Origin: Eukaryota sp. TZLM1-RC
Taxonomy: Eukaryota; Protista; Metamonada: BaSk clade
NCBI GenBank assembly: GCA_040285825.1
Contig: JAUPSS010000009.1
Coordinates: 496,001 to 560,000, forward strand
Reading direction: 5' to 3'
Length of the DNA stretch: 64,000 bases
The notes below the pieces were generated by a model, which worked only from the letters and a program-made list of their open reading frames with translations, was not told the DNA's origin and searched no databases. Position 1 is the first letter of the stretch, and every line of letters starts with the position of its first letter. The position numbers were made by a program, and so were the translations under genes. Below, piece after piece: positions 63,104-64,000 of the stretch.

Positions 63104-64000
63104 TTGTTTTCATTTCACTCACACTCAAATTAATGACCTCTAAAAAGATTTTTTCGTCTCCCCAGACACCCATATTGTTCCCCTAAGCATCCATATTGTC
63201 CCCAAAATTTTTTCCAAAACACAATCAATGGAGAATGCCTGGCTTCTAACAAAATTAGACAAAAAATAATGTCTCTTGGAGATACGCCTAGCAATCCTAA
63301 AGAGCTTAAAGACTTGGTGTCTTTTTTTTCGTATAAGTACCAAACGTTTAAAACATTGCACATTTTTAGAGCAATAGATTTATTTATTTTTAACCCAAAC
63401 ACTACAAAACAATTGAATAAAAACTTATGAACGCTGCGTCTGTCAAAACACATCTTGAAACTGTTGATTTATTATTGGGTTCAAAAAATCATATACCAGC
63501 TTCGGAATTGTCGTTTGGTGAACCTAAAACAGTTGACCAACTTTGGTTTGGGTTCGGCCAAAAAAACCCTTTATAAAGTGCCCTAACTCGAGTATCTTCA
63601 TTCGTATGATATCTAAAGGACGAAAGAGCTGATGATTGAAATTTTTCCATAAATATAAATGCACTAGGTAGAGAAGGAAGATTGTCATAAGATAAAAGAA
63701 GATCGAAGGTGTATGGCATTGATGGGGAAGCGTGAGAGGAGTTTGGTTGTGAACTGAGTGGTTGGGTGTTGCGAATTTGAAGATAAGCACCCGAGTTGCA
63801 AAGTGCCCTTTCTTTTTGTGGCAAAGAAGATAACCATGAACTGTGATGGCTACAACAAAACCAACAAGCCCATCTTCAAATTGAAGCCGTAATTGTGAGG
63901 AACCAATATGGTTGTAAAGACGTAGAAGAGGGGAAAAATTTGGCGGCGGGACTATTGGCGGTGGAAGGAATTTCAGAAATTAATAAGTACTGTAATTACA

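Noticed and set aside
63130-64000. Short minus-strand ORFs and a 21-bp tandem duplication near 63165-63205
   Set aside because: No recognisable product; may continue beyond the window

Overview
Eukaryotic (protist-type), AT-rich, transposon-dense window with very short spliceosomal introns (26-36 nt; CTnAY branch motif exactly 5 nt before the acceptor, metamonad-like by inference). Housekeeping genes are AP-2 sigma, UTP11, IQUB, a RAD54B-like ATPase, a degenerate SNF1/AMPK kinase, a thioredoxin/DsbD-like membrane protein and an unknown membrane protein. They sit among remnants of several RLE-type non-LTR retrotransposon families, one Ty3/gypsy-type LTR element, one hAT transposon and five Fanzor (TnpB-like) remnants. 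The standout is a head-to-head pair of giant multidomain genes, split in the ORF track by introns and single-base slips in A-runs. 14722->7512 encodes CBM48-like/RRM/DEAH helicase/RING-IBR/PARP/2xWWE/class II nucleotidyltransferase. 15735->20973 encodes SAM-like/Nudix/PARP/DEAH helicase/KH-like/class II nucleotidyltransferase. A third short paralogue (58522-60068) carries only the N-terminal domain and a near-identical nucleotidyltransferase. I infer an undescribed RNA-sensing, ADP-ribosylating, RNA-tailing defence or surveillance module. A second oddity is a repeat family with a compensatory RNA hairpin, a 2A-like GNVExNPGP motif and a PolB-type proofreading exonuclease. All domain calls come from motifs recognised by eye; no searches were run, and boundaries of degenerate elements are approximate.
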